Notes under the pieces: generated by a model
Database searches by the model: none
Told to the model about the DNA's origin: nothing
Seen by the model: only the letters and a program-made list of their open reading frames with translations
Shown: piece after piece, positions 44,387 through 54,432 of the stretch
How positions within the stretch are numbered: position 1 is the stretch's first letter
Layout of the letters: every line of letters starts with the position of its first letter
Made by a program: the position numbers and the translations under genes
Assembly (NCBI GenBank): GCA_964437185.1
Contig: CAYTFU010000001.1
Location: 26,304 to 90,303, forward strand
DNA from: an uncultured Candidatus Saccharibacteria bacterium
GTDB lineage: Bacteria > Patescibacteriota > Minisyncoccia > Phycocordibacterales > UBA2100
DNA: 64,000 nucleotides
Reading direction: 5' to 3'

Positions 44387-44803
44387 CTACAATTTTGTTG
44401 CGAAGTCGATAGCCTCGTTCACAAGTCGATCGGCGATTTTGTTTTGCTCGCGCGGGACGTATACGAAACGGATACGCGGAAAATCAGCCGCAATCAACGC
44501 GCGCACCTTTGCACACTGCACTTTGAGCGCCGGCTCTTTGATTTTCCAGTTGCCCGAAATTTGCTCAACGATGAGTTTGCTGTCAGAGCGGACCTCAATT
44601 TCTCGATTCCCCAGCCCGAGCCGTTTCGCCTCCGTAAGTGCGAGTACTACGGCTTCATACTCGGCCCAATTGTTGGTCTGCTCGCCGAGATACTCTTTGA
44701 TCTCTGCGAGCGTTTTCGCTCCGTCGAGAATCACGGCACCGGCACCCGCAGGGCCGGGATTGTTTCTCGCCCCACCATCCGTGTAAATAATTATCTTTGA
44801 CAC
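44387..44803 (-). CDS. rnhA: ribonuclease HI
   Basis: YTDGGARNNPGPAGAG, NNWAEYEAVVLAL and the D..E..D..D spacing. Confidence 0.85.
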   Translation of the reverse strand: MSKIIIYTDGGARNNPGPAGAGAVILDGAKTLAEIKEYLGEQTNNWAEYEAVVLALTEAKRLGLGNREIEVRSDSKLIVEQISGNWKIKEPALKVQCAKVRALIAADFPRIRFVYVPREQNKIADRLVNEAIDFATKL

Positions 44804-44806
44804 ACG

Positions 44807-45559
44807 CTATACAGTCGGAGCTTCGGCGGGCGGAGGTGGCATAGAAACTGCCGGAGAGGGCGCCGCCACAACGGCTCCACTCAGCGTGCGATATAGATGC
44901 GCCATCGCGAGCATTGAAACGGGCACCGACACGAGTAAGCCCACGAGAAGCACGAGCGCTCCCGCGAGATTAATCAGTCCGAGAACCAGCAAGAGAAGAA
45001 TGATCTTCCACACTGCCCACTGCGTCGACTGAAAGCTCGTCTTGATCGCTTCGAGCGGGCCCTTACCCCCATCGAGCACTAGGTATTCGACGAGCGCGAG
45101 TCGAGCGCTCGCATACAGCATCCATGATGCAGCGAGGCAGATAAGTACGACGAGTGCCACGAAAAAATTCAGAGACATGTCGGTCCATTGATCGGCCGAA
45201 AACATCGTGCCAGAAATTACCAATGCTGCCACGCCCGCTACGATCGGCCCGGCAATGATAAATCCTTTGAGGAGAGTGGCTCCGAAATAGCGCCAAAATC
45301 CGACGGGGTTCCACAGGGCGGAGACGGTCACATCTGACGCCGAATCATGCCCGCGCAAAAAGAATCGGATCATACCCATACCGACAAACAGTCCGATCAC
45401 TGTAGAAGGTATGACACCAAGAAGTGGGATCGCGCCAATTGCCTGCGAAATAATCTGTGCGATACCTATTACTGCCGCCGCTCCCACGAACACCCCCTTG
45501 TTCTTGTTAAACGTCTCCCAGCCAAACCGCACCATCGCTTCGATTGAAAATGTGTTCAT
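44807..45559 (-). CDS. integral membrane protein (6 TM), hypothetical
   Basis: Hydrophobic profile; Pro-rich C-terminal tail. Confidence 0.4.
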   Translation of the reverse strand: MNTFSIEAMVRFGWETFNKNKGVFVGAAAVIGIAQIISQAIGAIPLLGVIPSTVIGLFVGMGMIRFFLRGHDSASDVTVSALWNPVGFWRYFGATLLKGFIIAGPIVAGVAALVISGTMFSADQWTDMSLNFFVALVVLICLAASWMLYASARLALVEYLVLDGGKGPLEAIKTSFQSTQWAVWKIILLLLVLGLINLAGALVLLVGLLVSVPVSMLAMAHLYRTLSGAVVAAPSPAVSMPPPPAEAPTV

Positions 45560-45625
45560 ATCGATAAGGCTAGCATGTGCACTAAAAAACTCTAGGAGGG
45601 GCTGTGCCCTTTCTCGCTATTGCCC

Positions 45626-47299
45626 CTATGCCGAGATTACATCGACGATGCGGAGCGCGAGGCCGCCGCGGAAGGTGTCGCGCTCGATGGTGGCAAGGAC
45701 GCCGGCGGCGACACCGGGCGCCGGAACGACAGAGAAGTTCTCCGGTGATTTAAAAAAATCGAACGCGCGCATTCCCCGCCCCGTCGTCCGACATTCGAGC
45801 AGCACCTCCACGTGATTCGCTTCTTTTCCAAAACGCTTCACGCCGATCACGCGCGATCCGCTCATGAGAAACACGGGTTTTGGATTTCCGATTCCAAAAG
45901 GCGCGAGCTGCGAAACGTCTTTTAGGAGCACGCTCGATACCTCCGACAGAGTAAGGATAAAATCGTGAGTGAGCACAGGGACTTTCGCATCGCCCTTCGA
46001 CGATCTCGCAGCCGCGGCACAAAGCGCTTCGGGAAGCGAATGCACCTTCTCATGTGAAACAGAAAATCCTCCCGATGCACTGTGTCCGCCGAATTCTATA
46101 AACGCGTCGCCCGCGTTTTCGAAAAGCTCGACGACCGAAACTTCGCCATCCGATCTACACGATCCTTTGAGATTACCGAGTGCATCTCTCCCCCACAAAC
46201 ACACGACCCCGCCGCGCTCATTCATGATGGAATTTGCCGCAAGCCCCAAGAGCGCCGGCTTCCACTCCGGATTGCCGACGACCACAACGCGATCTTCTTT
46301 TTGATAACGAGCCTCGACGCTCTTGCGCGCCTGCTTCACTACGCTCGCGACGATACTTTTTCTTTTTGTATTTAATTTTTCCAATTGCGCCGCGATTTCA
46401 CTCGCGCGATCTCGACTTGCCGTGATGAGGAGTTCGAGCGCGAGCGCGGGCTCATCCATGCGCGAGGCCGCATTGATGCGCGGAGCTATCGAGAAGCCGA
46501 TGTCATTCTCCGTAAGCTCTCGCTGGCGAAGACGCAACTTTTCGCACAGCGCGATGATTCCCGGTCGCGGAGATTTTCGCAACACTTCGAGACCCCAGTA
46601 CGCGAGCGCGCGATTTTCTCCGAGTAGCGGCACCATGTCGGCGATGGTCGCAATCGCGACCATGTCGAGCAGCCATTTCTCCCAGCCTTCTGGAATATTC
46701 GTGTAACGAGCGTCGTCACGCTTGCGGCCATCAAGAAGCAGCGCCTGCACGAGCTTGAAGGCGACCGCCGCTCCGCACAAATCGGGATATGGATATGGTT
46801 CCAGCTTTGGATTAAGAATCGCAAACGCACTCGGCAACTCGTCCGAAACTTCATGGTGGTCGGTAACGATCACATCAATCCCCTTTTCTTTTGCATGCGC
46901 GACCGCGCTCGTCGCTTTCGTACCGACGTCGATCGTGATGATGAGCGCGACATCGCGCGCGGCAAGCGCGTCTATGGCCGCAATGTGAAACCCATACCCT
47001 TCTCGATCGCGATGCGGGAGATACACTTCAAAATTTTCATATCCTACTTTGCGAAAAAAATCTCCGAGCAACGCCGCCCCCGGTATCCCATCGCAATCAA
47101 AATCCGCGTAGATCGCGATTCGCTCGTTATCTCGCATGGCCGAGTTGATACGCACCACCGCCCGATCCATACCGTTCATGAGAAACGGATCGTGCGTATC
47201 GCGCACATAATCCGGCGCAAGAAACGCGGCCATATCGTCTCCGTGTGTGAGTCCGCGGCGAGCGAGCAGCGTGCGAAGTAATTCGGAGTAATCTGCCAT
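45626..47299 (-). CDS. recJ: single-stranded-DNA-specific exonuclease RecJ
   Basis: DHH motifs (IAIYADFDCDGIPGAALL, ITIDVG, VIVTDHH) and a DHHA1 region (GGHSASGGFS). Confidence 0.85.
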   Translation of the reverse strand: MADYSELLRTLLARRGLTHGDDMAAFLAPDYVRDTHDPFLMNGMDRAVVRINSAMRDNERIAIYADFDCDGIPGAALLGDFFRKVGYENFEVYLPHRDREGYGFHIAAIDALAARDVALIITIDVGTKATSAVAHAKEKGIDVIVTDHHEVSDELPSAFAILNPKLEPYPYPDLCGAAVAFKLVQALLLDGRKRDDARYTNIPEGWEKWLLDMVAIATIADMVPLLGENRALAYWGLEVLRKSPRPGIIALCEKLRLRQRELTENDIGFSIAPRINAASRMDEPALALELLITASRDRASEIAAQLEKLNTKRKSIVASVVKQARKSVEARYQKEDRVVVVGNPEWKPALLGLAANSIMNERGGVVCLWGRDALGNLKGSCRSDGEVSVVELFENAGDAFIEFGGHSASGGFSVSHEKVHSLPEALCAAAARSSKGDAKVPVLTHDFILTLSEVSSVLLKDVSQLAPFGIGNPKPVFLMSGSRVIGVKRFGKEANHVEVLLECRTTGRGMRAFDFFKSPENFSVVPAPGVAAGVLATIERDTFRGGLALRIVDVISA

Positions 47300-47363
47300 G
47301 CGCGTGATTGTACATGAAACAATGTACCGTTGCGCGACAAAAGAGAACCCTTATACTGCCGAC

Positions 47364-47777
47364 ATGGAGACATGCATATTTTGCAAAATCGTGCGCGGAG
47401 AGTTGCCTTCCTACAAGGTGTACGAAGATGATCACGTGCTCGCCTTTCTCGACATTCATCCCGTAAATCCCGGCCACACACTCGTGGTACCAAAAGTGCA
47501 CGCGCAAAATATTTTTGAGATTGAGCCAGAGTCTTGGGCTCACGTAACAGAAGCGGTACGCGCACTTTCGGGAATCATCGAACGCGCAGTTGATGCGAAA
47601 GGAATCAATATCTCAATGAACAACCGCGAGCACGCGGGCCAAGTCGTGGATCATGCACACGTGCACATCATCCCGCGATTCACGGGCGACGCACACCGAC
47701 AGTGGTCACACGCGACATACAAAGACGGCGAGGCAGACGCGATAGTGGAAAAAATCTCTAACGGCGTAATGAAATAA
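47364..47777 (+). CDS. HIT-family (histidine triad) hydrolase
   Basis: CIFCKIV ... HAHVHIIPR histidine-triad motif. The ORF track starts at 47298. Confidence 0.75.
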   Translation: METCIFCKIVRGELPSYKVYEDDHVLAFLDIHPVNPGHTLVVPKVHAQNIFEIEPESWAHVTEAVRALSGIIERAVDAKGINISMNNREHAGQVVDHAHVHIIPRFTGDAHRQWSHATYKDGEADAIVEKISNGVMK

Positions 47778-47796
47778 TCTTTGCGGTTGGCGAGCA

Positions 47797-48105
47797 TTAG
47801 TACGCCCCGGCGAACGCATCCCCTCCCCCTTCATCAACCTCTCTTCCCTCAGCTTCAGATTTTCGCTGTCGTCTCTTCATGAGCCACACGCGAATGGTCC
47901 AGGTAGGAATCATGCTTAAACCGGGAACAAACTCAATGAGGAGGGTAACTAAAGTTCCCAGAATGTAATTTTGAGAAAAAATATTGTACTTAGTATCCGC
48001 TCCCGCCATCCAAAGCGCCGCAGCGGTGATTGGGTTTGTCACTATGTTGAGAAGCGGGATGAAACTAAAAAGATCGCCTATGATCGCTATCAGATACATG
48101 CGCAC
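47797..48105 (-). CDS. small membrane protein, hypothetical
   Basis: Three hydrophobic helices; acidic tail. Confidence 0.3.
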   Translation of the reverse strand: MRMYLIAIIGDLFSFIPLLNIVTNPITAAALWMAGADTKYNIFSQNYILGTLVTLLIEFVPGLSMIPTWTIRVWLMKRRQRKSEAEGREVDEGGGDAFAGAY

Positions 48106-48212
48106 ATTGTGCCATGAATTCCGAGATCGGTAACGAGCGCACTCAATTTCACAATATTCCTCAATGAAAAAGCGGGCGGCAGCGAAGCTGCCGCCCGCTT
48201 TTCATTCAACGA

Positions 48213-49832
48213 TTAATTGACTGGCGTGGGCAAGGCCCCCACCTGCACCGTCGCCGAAGTTGTAGCCGTCTTGCCGGCAGAATCACGCACGACGATCCTC
48301 ACCGTATACGTGCCCGCGCTCGCATACGAGTGCGTGAAGGTGGTCGTCTGAACGACCGCAGAGCCCGGATAAATTCCTTCAAGCAAACTGCTGCGCGCAT
48401 ACCACTCGTCTCCCCATTGAATCGAATATGTGAGCGTCCCATTTTCCGGATCAGATGCATTGATGCTCCACGTCCCCGAAGAGTTCACGGCGAGCGCCGT
48501 AGGGCCGGAGAATGAGGAGATGGTCGGTGGGAGATTGCCTTCGTTCTCGCTAAAGTACGCGGTGCAGTATGCGCGTACACCCGTGTCATTGAGGCAGGCG
48601 CGGAGCGTACACATTGCGGAGCTACTCGCAGATGCGCGGCTGCATGTATTGCATCCGTCGTACCACGCTTTGCAACGCGGATCGGACGAAGGGTCATTGG
48701 TCGTCGGACGGCACTCGCCCGCGTAGAGGAAGGTCGCGCCATCAGCCTCCATGCCGCAACGATTACTGTATGTCTGCTGCACAGGATTGCACGGAGTCGT
48801 TATGCATTGCACCTGCTTCGAACCGCACACTGGATTGTAATCCATCGTACAAATTTGAGGACCAACACGGATTTGCGCGCTGCCGACTACGCGCGATCCA
48901 GAATCACCCGGCGGAGCGAAGTAACCGTAATGGACGAGTGAAGCGGTGTACGCTCCATTCGCCGTGTACGTGTGCGAAATCACGTGAGGGCCAGCACATT
49001 GCGGCGCGGCGCCCGTGCACGAGAGTACCTGCTCAGCTCCGTCCCCGAAAGTAACCTTGTAGCTGCCCGCATCCGCAACCATTTGCGGATTCATGATGGA
49101 CACATTTGCCCTGAATGAAACTACGAGCGGGGCAGCGCCAGACATCGGAATCGCATTGAGTACAGCCGGCGGCGGCACGACGCCACCACACAATCTCACG
49201 AGACGCTCGCGAGAGACGGGGCCAAAGATTCCTGCGGGGGTAACGCCTTGCTCCGTCTGCCATCTACGTACCGCTTCAGAAGTAACCATGCCGAAGTAAC
49301 CGGTCGGATCTGTCGGAAGCATTCCTCGGTCGCGCAAGAACTCTTGCAACGCGCGTACGTCATCGCCCTGCGCGCCGACTGAGAGACTGCGAGCGAGGAG
49401 GCTGCAGACGCGGTGTGTCAACGTGGCTTGCGGAAGTGGCGTGGGTCGTGATGATGTTGCTGTTGGAGGAACTGGCGGCACAACGCCACCACACAATCTC
49501 ACGAGACGCTCGCGAGAGACGGGGCCAAAGATTCCTGCTGGCGTAACGCCTTGCTCCGTCTGCCATCTGCGTACGGCCTCAGAAGTAACCGCGCCGAAGT
49601 AGCCTGTTGGATCTGTCGGAAGCATTCCTCGGTCGCGCAGGAATTCCTGAAGTGCGCGTACGTCATCACCCTGCGCGCCGACTGAGAGACTGCGGGCGAG
49701 GAGGCCGCAAACGCGAGGTATAGAAATGGGAGGACTTGAGGTGCTGGACGATTGTGCTGACGCGAGCGATGGGAATACTCCTCCTACGACGAGCACGGCG
49801 ACCACGATGCCAGTAAATGTATATTTTTTCAT
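48213..49832 (-). CDS. secreted protein with two tandem near-identical peptidoglycan-binding domains, a Kazal-like Cys module and C-terminal Ig-like domain
   Basis: Signal peptide. Two ~80-aa repeats (RVC.LLARSLSVGAQGDDVRALQEFLRDRGML...VRLCGGVVPP) differ at 2 residues. The Kazal-like pattern is CTMDYNPVCGSKQV...TYSNRCGMEADGATFLYAGEC. Confidence 0.6.
   Translation of the reverse strand: MKKYTFTGIVVAVLVVGGVFPSLASAQSSSTSSPPISIPRVCGLLARSLSVGAQGDDVRALQEFLRDRGMLPTDPTGYFGAVTSEAVRRWQTEQGVTPAGIFGPVSRERLVRLCGGVVPPVPPTATSSRPTPLPQATLTHRVCSLLARSLSVGAQGDDVRALQEFLRDRGMLPTDPTGYFGMVTSEAVRRWQTEQGVTPAGIFGPVSRERLVRLCGGVVPPPAVLNAIPMSGAAPLVVSFRANVSIMNPQMVADAGSYKVTFGDGAEQVLSCTGAAPQCAGPHVISHTYTANGAYTASLVHYGYFAPPGDSGSRVVGSAQIRVGPQICTMDYNPVCGSKQVQCITTPCNPVQQTYSNRCGMEADGATFLYAGECRPTTNDPSSDPRCKAWYDGCNTCSRASASSSAMCTLRACLNDTGVRAYCTAYFSENEGNLPPTISSFSGPTALAVNSSGTWSINASDPENGTLTYSIQWGDEWYARSSLLEGIYPGSAVVQTTTFTHSYASAGTYTVRIVVRDSAGKTATTSATVQVGALPTPVN
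49167..49715. repeat. tandem direct repeat, 2 x ~243 bp at 306-bp period (PGBD units) inside gene 48213..49832
   Basis: 49195-49260 is nearly identical to 49497-49562 at nucleotide level. Off-frame ORFs at 49033..49263 and 49360..49566 share MADGARRY..RNLWPRLSRASREIVWWR. Confidence 0.7.
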
Positions 49833-50037
49833 GAAAAATAATAAGAGCTTCTAATTGCTTTCATCTTACCACTCCATGAGACGGCGCCATGGGCAAAGCC
49901 TTACCGTGTGGGTATTGAAAATAAGGAGAATTATTGCCTTTTCGCTCTTTCGAGCTCATCAGTATAGATACACATCTATAAAAGGCAGGGGTTTTAGTGT
50001 GGGTACCCCTGAACCATTAGTCATTGTCGACCCAGCG

Positions 50038-50709
50038 TCACCCCTCAAAGCGGGTGCGAATATCCGCGAGTCGCGCAGCGGCTGCTGCGATACTTTCCAT
50101 CCCCTCAGGAATGTCGCCGTCGCCGGAGAATGCGTCGACCCACCCCGGACCCTTCCTCCCGGTATACGCGCAGTCGGCGATGCGCAAGACATCATCCCCG
50201 GTCAGATTCGGCCGACAACCCCTCTCCTCAAGTCCCAGAATCTGAAGGATGCCAATCGTGACGGCTCCCGAGGCAGAATCGACCTTAACGAAGGGATATT
50301 CGACGCGCCGAGCGGGGATGCCAATCGCCGCAACCAGCTTGCGAGCCGCCTCCATGTTGTTCGTCCACCGCTCCTTGGTTTCGGTGGGCCGATCGAACCG
50401 CGGTACGAGCCTGACGATCCTTCGTGGCCGAAGCGTAGTATGTTCTGGCTGCGGAACGACACCATGAAACGACGCGCGCGACCACGGATTCTGCTCGGTA
50501 CCCCCCGTAAGAAGGTGCGTGCCCGCCGGTGCCCGAAGATCGAAGTAATATCCGAGGTCATTGGCCGTTACAGCTGCCTTGGAACTCTTGACAGTGTGAA
50601 CCAACGAGAGATCTTCCCGACGAAACTCGAACTCGACGAATGCGACTGGCTTTTCGCCACCCGCAGTGTTGATGGGGTACAGAGGGAGTGGCACGAAAGT
50701 GTTCGGCAT
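50038..50709 (-). CDS. hypothetical protein (coding strand uncertain; GC-rich segment with long ORFs on both strands)
   Basis: The 223-aa minus-strand ORF has a more protein-like composition than the overlapping plus ORF 49855..50841, which is Arg/Pro/Ser-rich. Confidence 0.25.
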   Translation of the reverse strand: MPNTFVPLPLYPINTAGGEKPVAFVEFEFRREDLSLVHTVKSSKAAVTANDLGYYFDLRAPAGTHLLTGGTEQNPWSRASFHGVVPQPEHTTLRPRRIVRLVPRFDRPTETKERWTNNMEAARKLVAAIGIPARRVEYPFVKVDSASGAVTIGILQILGLEERGCRPNLTGDDVLRIADCAYTGRKGPGWVDAFSGDGDIPEGMESIAAAAARLADIRTRFEG

Positions 50710-50967
50710 GTTTTGCTCCTGCCTCGGGCGCTATGCCCCAAGGCCAATGGTGTGCCCGCCGCCTCGGACTCATGTAGGAATATTGGGTGGCGAACTCCCA
50801 ATACTAGGAACTACGCGGCTCCCCGTTTCGGCACTATCTGAGTACTGCCGACACGGGAAACAACATAGCTCCTCTGTGAGGAGCCTGTATCAAAGATCGA
50901 TCCAACGTGTATGAGAGCACGAGGCAGGAGGTGCGTCAAATATCGGTGCGCCGAGCGTTGCACATTA

Positions 50968-52098
50968 CTACCCCAATACCTCAACCGCAGGGAGCGTGCC
51001 TTTCAATAAATATTCGAGCATCGCGCCGCCGCCAGTCGAGAGGAATCCGAGACGACCTTGCGACATCCCCGTTTTTTCTATCGCCGCGATCGTGTCGCCG
51101 CCGCCGATGAGTTTGTGACCATCATTTTGCGATACCATTTCGCCAATTTGCTGCATATAGTGTATGTATCCATTTTCATACATACCCGTCGTCCCATTCC
51201 AAAGAATAAATTTTGCACCTGCGATGTGCGGGGCGAGCATAGCTACAGAATCCGGCCCGGTGTCGACGATTTTGTCTCCTTCAGCCACGTCCTCGGGCTT
51301 TTTCACCTTCACATGACCATCGGCATCCTCCACCGTCACATCAAGCGGTGCGAGAAAGTGCGGATGATTCAAGAGCGAAACATCGGGCAATTCTTTCGAT
51401 ATGAGAGAGCGGCCGACTTCATATCCCTTGGCTTTCAAAACGTCGTTTGCGAGTGCGCCCGTCACGAAAACGTGATCGTATTTTTCGAGGAGGAGCTTAA
51501 TGAGCGGCGCTTTCGTTTCAAACTTCGAGCCGCCGAGAATCGCGACGGAGGGGTGCGCAGGCGCGCCCGCTTCTTTCAGATTTTTCACCTCATCGCGCAT
51601 GAGAAACCCCGCATACGACGGGAGGAGTTGCGCAATCCCGACATTTGAAGCGTACGGGCGATGCGCATCGGGAAGCGAATCACTCACAAACATCTCTGCC
51701 GTACTCGCAAGGAGCTGAGCAAACACAGGATCGTTTGCCTCTTCGCGCGGATCGCGACGCGTATTTTCAAGCACCAAGCACTCACCTTCTTTGAGCGCAG
51801 CCGCCTCCGCAGGCGCGTGTTCAAACGACGTACCAAAAAATCGAATCGGGACCTGTGGCGCTAAGTGTTGCAAGGCTTCTGCCACCGGCCGCATTGATTC
51901 TCCTTTTCTGCCAAAAAATCCTGCAATCACCACCTTCGCACCCGCTTTTACGAGATACTCGAGGGTCGGGAGCCCGCGTTCGAGGCGGAAGATGTCGGTC
52001 ACTTTGCCATCGGCATCCGTCGGAAGGTTGAGAATGGTGCGGAGAAAGACGCGCTTTCCCTTTAGTTCACTCGCGGGCAATTCGTCAATGCATTTCAT
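50968..52098 (-). CDS. pgk: phosphoglycerate kinase
   Basis: 376 aa; RVFLRTILNLP, ILGGSKFETKAPLI, GGGD and the hinge motifs. Confidence 0.9.
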   Translation of the reverse strand: MKCIDELPASELKGKRVFLRTILNLPTDADGKVTDIFRLERGLPTLEYLVKAGAKVVIAGFFGRKGESMRPVAEALQHLAPQVPIRFFGTSFEHAPAEAAALKEGECLVLENTRRDPREEANDPVFAQLLASTAEMFVSDSLPDAHRPYASNVGIAQLLPSYAGFLMRDEVKNLKEAGAPAHPSVAILGGSKFETKAPLIKLLLEKYDHVFVTGALANDVLKAKGYEVGRSLISKELPDVSLLNHPHFLAPLDVTVEDADGHVKVKKPEDVAEGDKIVDTGPDSVAMLAPHIAGAKFILWNGTTGMYENGYIHYMQQIGEMVSQNDGHKLIGGGDTIAAIEKTGMSQGRLGFLSTGGGAMLEYLLKGTLPAVEVLG

Positions 52099-52104
52099 AC
52101 ATTT

Positions 52105-52851
52105 CTATACCAATGACTTCATAAGCGCTCCGAGCTTCGCGGAATCCACGCTCGCGCGCCCCACTAGAAGCCCGTGCACATCGCCCTCGCGCAGCATCGT
52201 CGCGGCGTTCGTCTCGTCTACAGAACCGCCGTAGAGGATTTTTGCATTCATGCCACCTTCGCCGCGCAACCCGACAATCGTTTTGCGAATAAAAATCGCC
52301 ATCTCGTGCATGTCGCGCGGACTCATGGCGCGTTCGGCTCCTATCGCCCAGACAGGCTCATAGGCGATGATCACGCGTCCGAGTTTGGCCGGTGCGACAT
52401 CTGCGAGCCCCACACGAAGCTGCTCTTTCACGACTCCAAAGTATGCACCGTCCGAAGCGCGCTTTGCTTCTCCGACACAGAGTATCGGCACAACATCAGA
52501 GGCAAGCGCGGCTGCGACCTTCTTCCTCGTATCTTCGTTGGTCTCGCCCATCGCGCGACGCTCGGCGTGTCCGACGAGCACATAAGAAACTTTCGCATCT
52601 TTCGCCTCTGCACACGAGATTTCGCCCGTGAACGCGCCGCTCGGTTCAAAATGCACATTTTGCAGTGCAAAGCTAATTCGCTTACCTTTATATGTTGCGC
52701 GCAGTTCGCGAACGTAGAGCGAAGGCGGAGCGACGATGAGCGTTATCTGAGGGGCCTTGTCGAGCGCTTTTTTCACGCCGTCAAAGAGCGCCTTCCCCTC
52801 GCGCCACGAGGGCGGATTCATCTTCCAATTCGCAACGACAATTGGTTTCAT
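52105..52851 (-). CDS. tpiA: triosephosphate isomerase
   Basis: VANWKMN, VGHAERR, AYEPVWAIG and GGSV motifs. The ORF track starts 7 codons upstream at 52872. Confidence 0.9.
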   Translation of the reverse strand: MKPIVVANWKMNPPSWREGKALFDGVKKALDKAPQITLIVAPPSLYVRELRATYKGKRISFALQNVHFEPSGAFTGEISCAEAKDAKVSYVLVGHAERRAMGETNEDTRKKVAAALASDVVPILCVGEAKRASDGAYFGVVKEQLRVGLADVAPAKLGRVIIAYEPVWAIGAERAMSPRDMHEMAIFIRKTIVGLRGEGGMNAKILYGGSVDETNAATMLREGDVHGLLVGRASVDSAKLGALMKSLV

Positions 52852-52920
52852 TGCGGCGATTGTACCATGCACCGCTGGGCACCGAAATTTCCTGCATTCT
52901 ACTTGCTATACTTGGTGAAC

Positions 52921-53400
52921 ATGAGCTCTCTGAAGCGGTCGCTCGCCGCCGGTATTACGCTTGTAGAACTTTTGATCGTAATCGCCATTTTTTTGGTGCT
53001 TCTCGTCCTCACCACGCGCACCTTTAGCAGCGCAAATGCAAACAAAGCGCTCGATACGGAGACCCAGCACGTCGTGGCAGAACTCAATCGCGCGCGTTCA
53101 CTCACCCTCGCTTCGAAAAACAAGCGCGCCTACGGCGTGCACTTCGCCACAACGAGCCTCACCACCTACGTGGGACCGACGTACGAAGTCGGGAGTTCAA
53201 CCAATGACGTCATATTATTGAATGGTTCGGTGCAAATCGCCTCCACGAGCTTCGCGGGAGGTGGATCGAAAGTGCTCTTTGAGCGACTCACCGGAGAAAC
53301 GGCCAATGTCGGCACCATCATCATTTCACTTGTATCAAACGCATCGAGCACGAGAACTGTTACCATATACGGGACGGGACTCGTCGAGACACCACAATAA
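52921..53400 (+). CDS. type IV pilin/pseudopilin (class III signal peptide)
   Basis: MSSLKRSLAAG|ITLVELLIVIAIF shows G-1 and E+5 of the prepilin cleavage/methylation motif. The upstream part of track ORF 52174..53400 is antisense to tpiA. Confidence 0.7.
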   Translation: MSSLKRSLAAGITLVELLIVIAIFLVLLVLTTRTFSSANANKALDTETQHVVAELNRARSLTLASKNKRAYGVHFATTSLTTYVGPTYEVGSSTNDVILLNGSVQIASTSFAGGGSKVLFERLTGETANVGTIIISLVSNASSTRTVTIYGTGLVETPQ

Positions 53401-53402
53401 TT

Positions 53403-53897
53403 ATGCACAGACGCAAACGCAGACAAAAAAATTCTCTCGAGCGCGGCACGATGCTCATCGAAGCGGTGATCGGAATCGGCATCGCGCTCCTCACACTCGT
53501 CGGAAGTCTGAGCGCGTTTTCGTACCTCTATCGAGCGGCAACGGCAAACACCGCGCATATTCAAGCAGCGTTTCTTGCAGAAGAAGGATTGGAGGCGGCG
53601 CGCATCATCCGCGACAACGGATGGAGCACGATCGCCGCACAAACATCGGGCGCGACCACATACCTGTATTTCAACGGCACGACCTGGATCTCTACGAGTA
53701 CCGACTACTACATCGGCGCATTTGAGCGCAGCGTCGTTTTCACCAATGTGTATCGCGACGGGAGCCTAAACATCGCGCAGGCCGGCACGCTCGATTCAAA
53801 TACCAAAAAGGTGGAGGTGTTCGTCTCGTGGTCAAACCGAGGCGTCACGACCACCCGATCGATCGCCACGTACCTAGCGAATGTCTTTGACGAATAA
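53403..53897 (+). CDS. pseudopilin
   Basis: MHRRKRRQKNSLERG|TMLIEAVIGIGIALL, a prepilin motif with E+5. Confidence 0.65.
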   Translation: MHRRKRRQKNSLERGTMLIEAVIGIGIALLTLVGSLSAFSYLYRAATANTAHIQAAFLAEEGLEAARIIRDNGWSTIAAQTSGATTYLYFNGTTWISTSTDYYIGAFERSVVFTNVYRDGSLNIAQAGTLDSNTKKVEVFVSWSNRGVTTTRSIATYLANVFDE

Positions 53898-53899
53898 AT

Positions 53900-54430
53900 A
53901 TGAACACCAGCCGAACCACACATACGCGCGGAGCAACCATGATCGAATTGTTGGTATATACGTTTATTCTCGTGCTCCTCCTCTCGGCGATTATGTACGC
54001 ACTCATTGCGATCAGCGGCCTGTATCGCTCTATCAAATCGGCAACCGTTATCAAGGCGGCCGCGCAGGTAACGCTTGAGCGGATGGTACGCGACATCCGC
54101 GCCGCATCGAGCGTCGATATTCCAAACAGCGTCTTCAATGCGTCTCCGGGCCAACTTACACTCAACGCGTTTGACGACGCAGACGCGACCACGACCACAC
54201 GATTCAATCTCGTCGGTGATATTCCACATGTCGCCGAGGATGGCGTCGATCAGGGGCCTCTGGCTTCAGACGCGGTGCGCGTGACGAGCCTGATATTTCG
54301 CCCCATCGCAAGCGCGAAGTCGTCGGGTATTAAAATTGAGATGCAAATCGAGAGCGGGAGCGGAAAGGATTACCGAGCAGAAACATTCTATTCGACAGCC
54401 GTACTACGCGGCTCCTACCCCGTACAATAG
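53900..54430 (+). CDS. pseudopilin
   Basis: MNTSRTTHTRG|ATMIELLVYTFILVLLL, a prepilin motif with E+5. Confidence 0.65.
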   Translation: MNTSRTTHTRGATMIELLVYTFILVLLLSAIMYALIAISGLYRSIKSATVIKAAAQVTLERMVRDIRAASSVDIPNSVFNASPGQLTLNAFDDADATTTTRFNLVGDIPHVAEDGVDQGPLASDAVRVTSLIFRPIASAKSSGIKIEMQIESGSGKDYRAETFYSTAVLRGSYPVQ

Positions 54431-54432
54431 AT

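Noticed and set aside
49855-50841. 328-aa plus-strand ORF
   Set aside because: The Arg/Pro/Ser-rich composition looks non-coding. The opposite-strand ORF 50038..50709 is more protein-like, though neither has a motif. The segment is GC-rich and may be foreign or non-coding.
52174-52920. N-terminal two-thirds of the 408-aa ORF 52174..53400
   Set aside because: This part is antisense to tpiA. Only the 3' part from 52921 (the prepilin motif) is a plausible gene.
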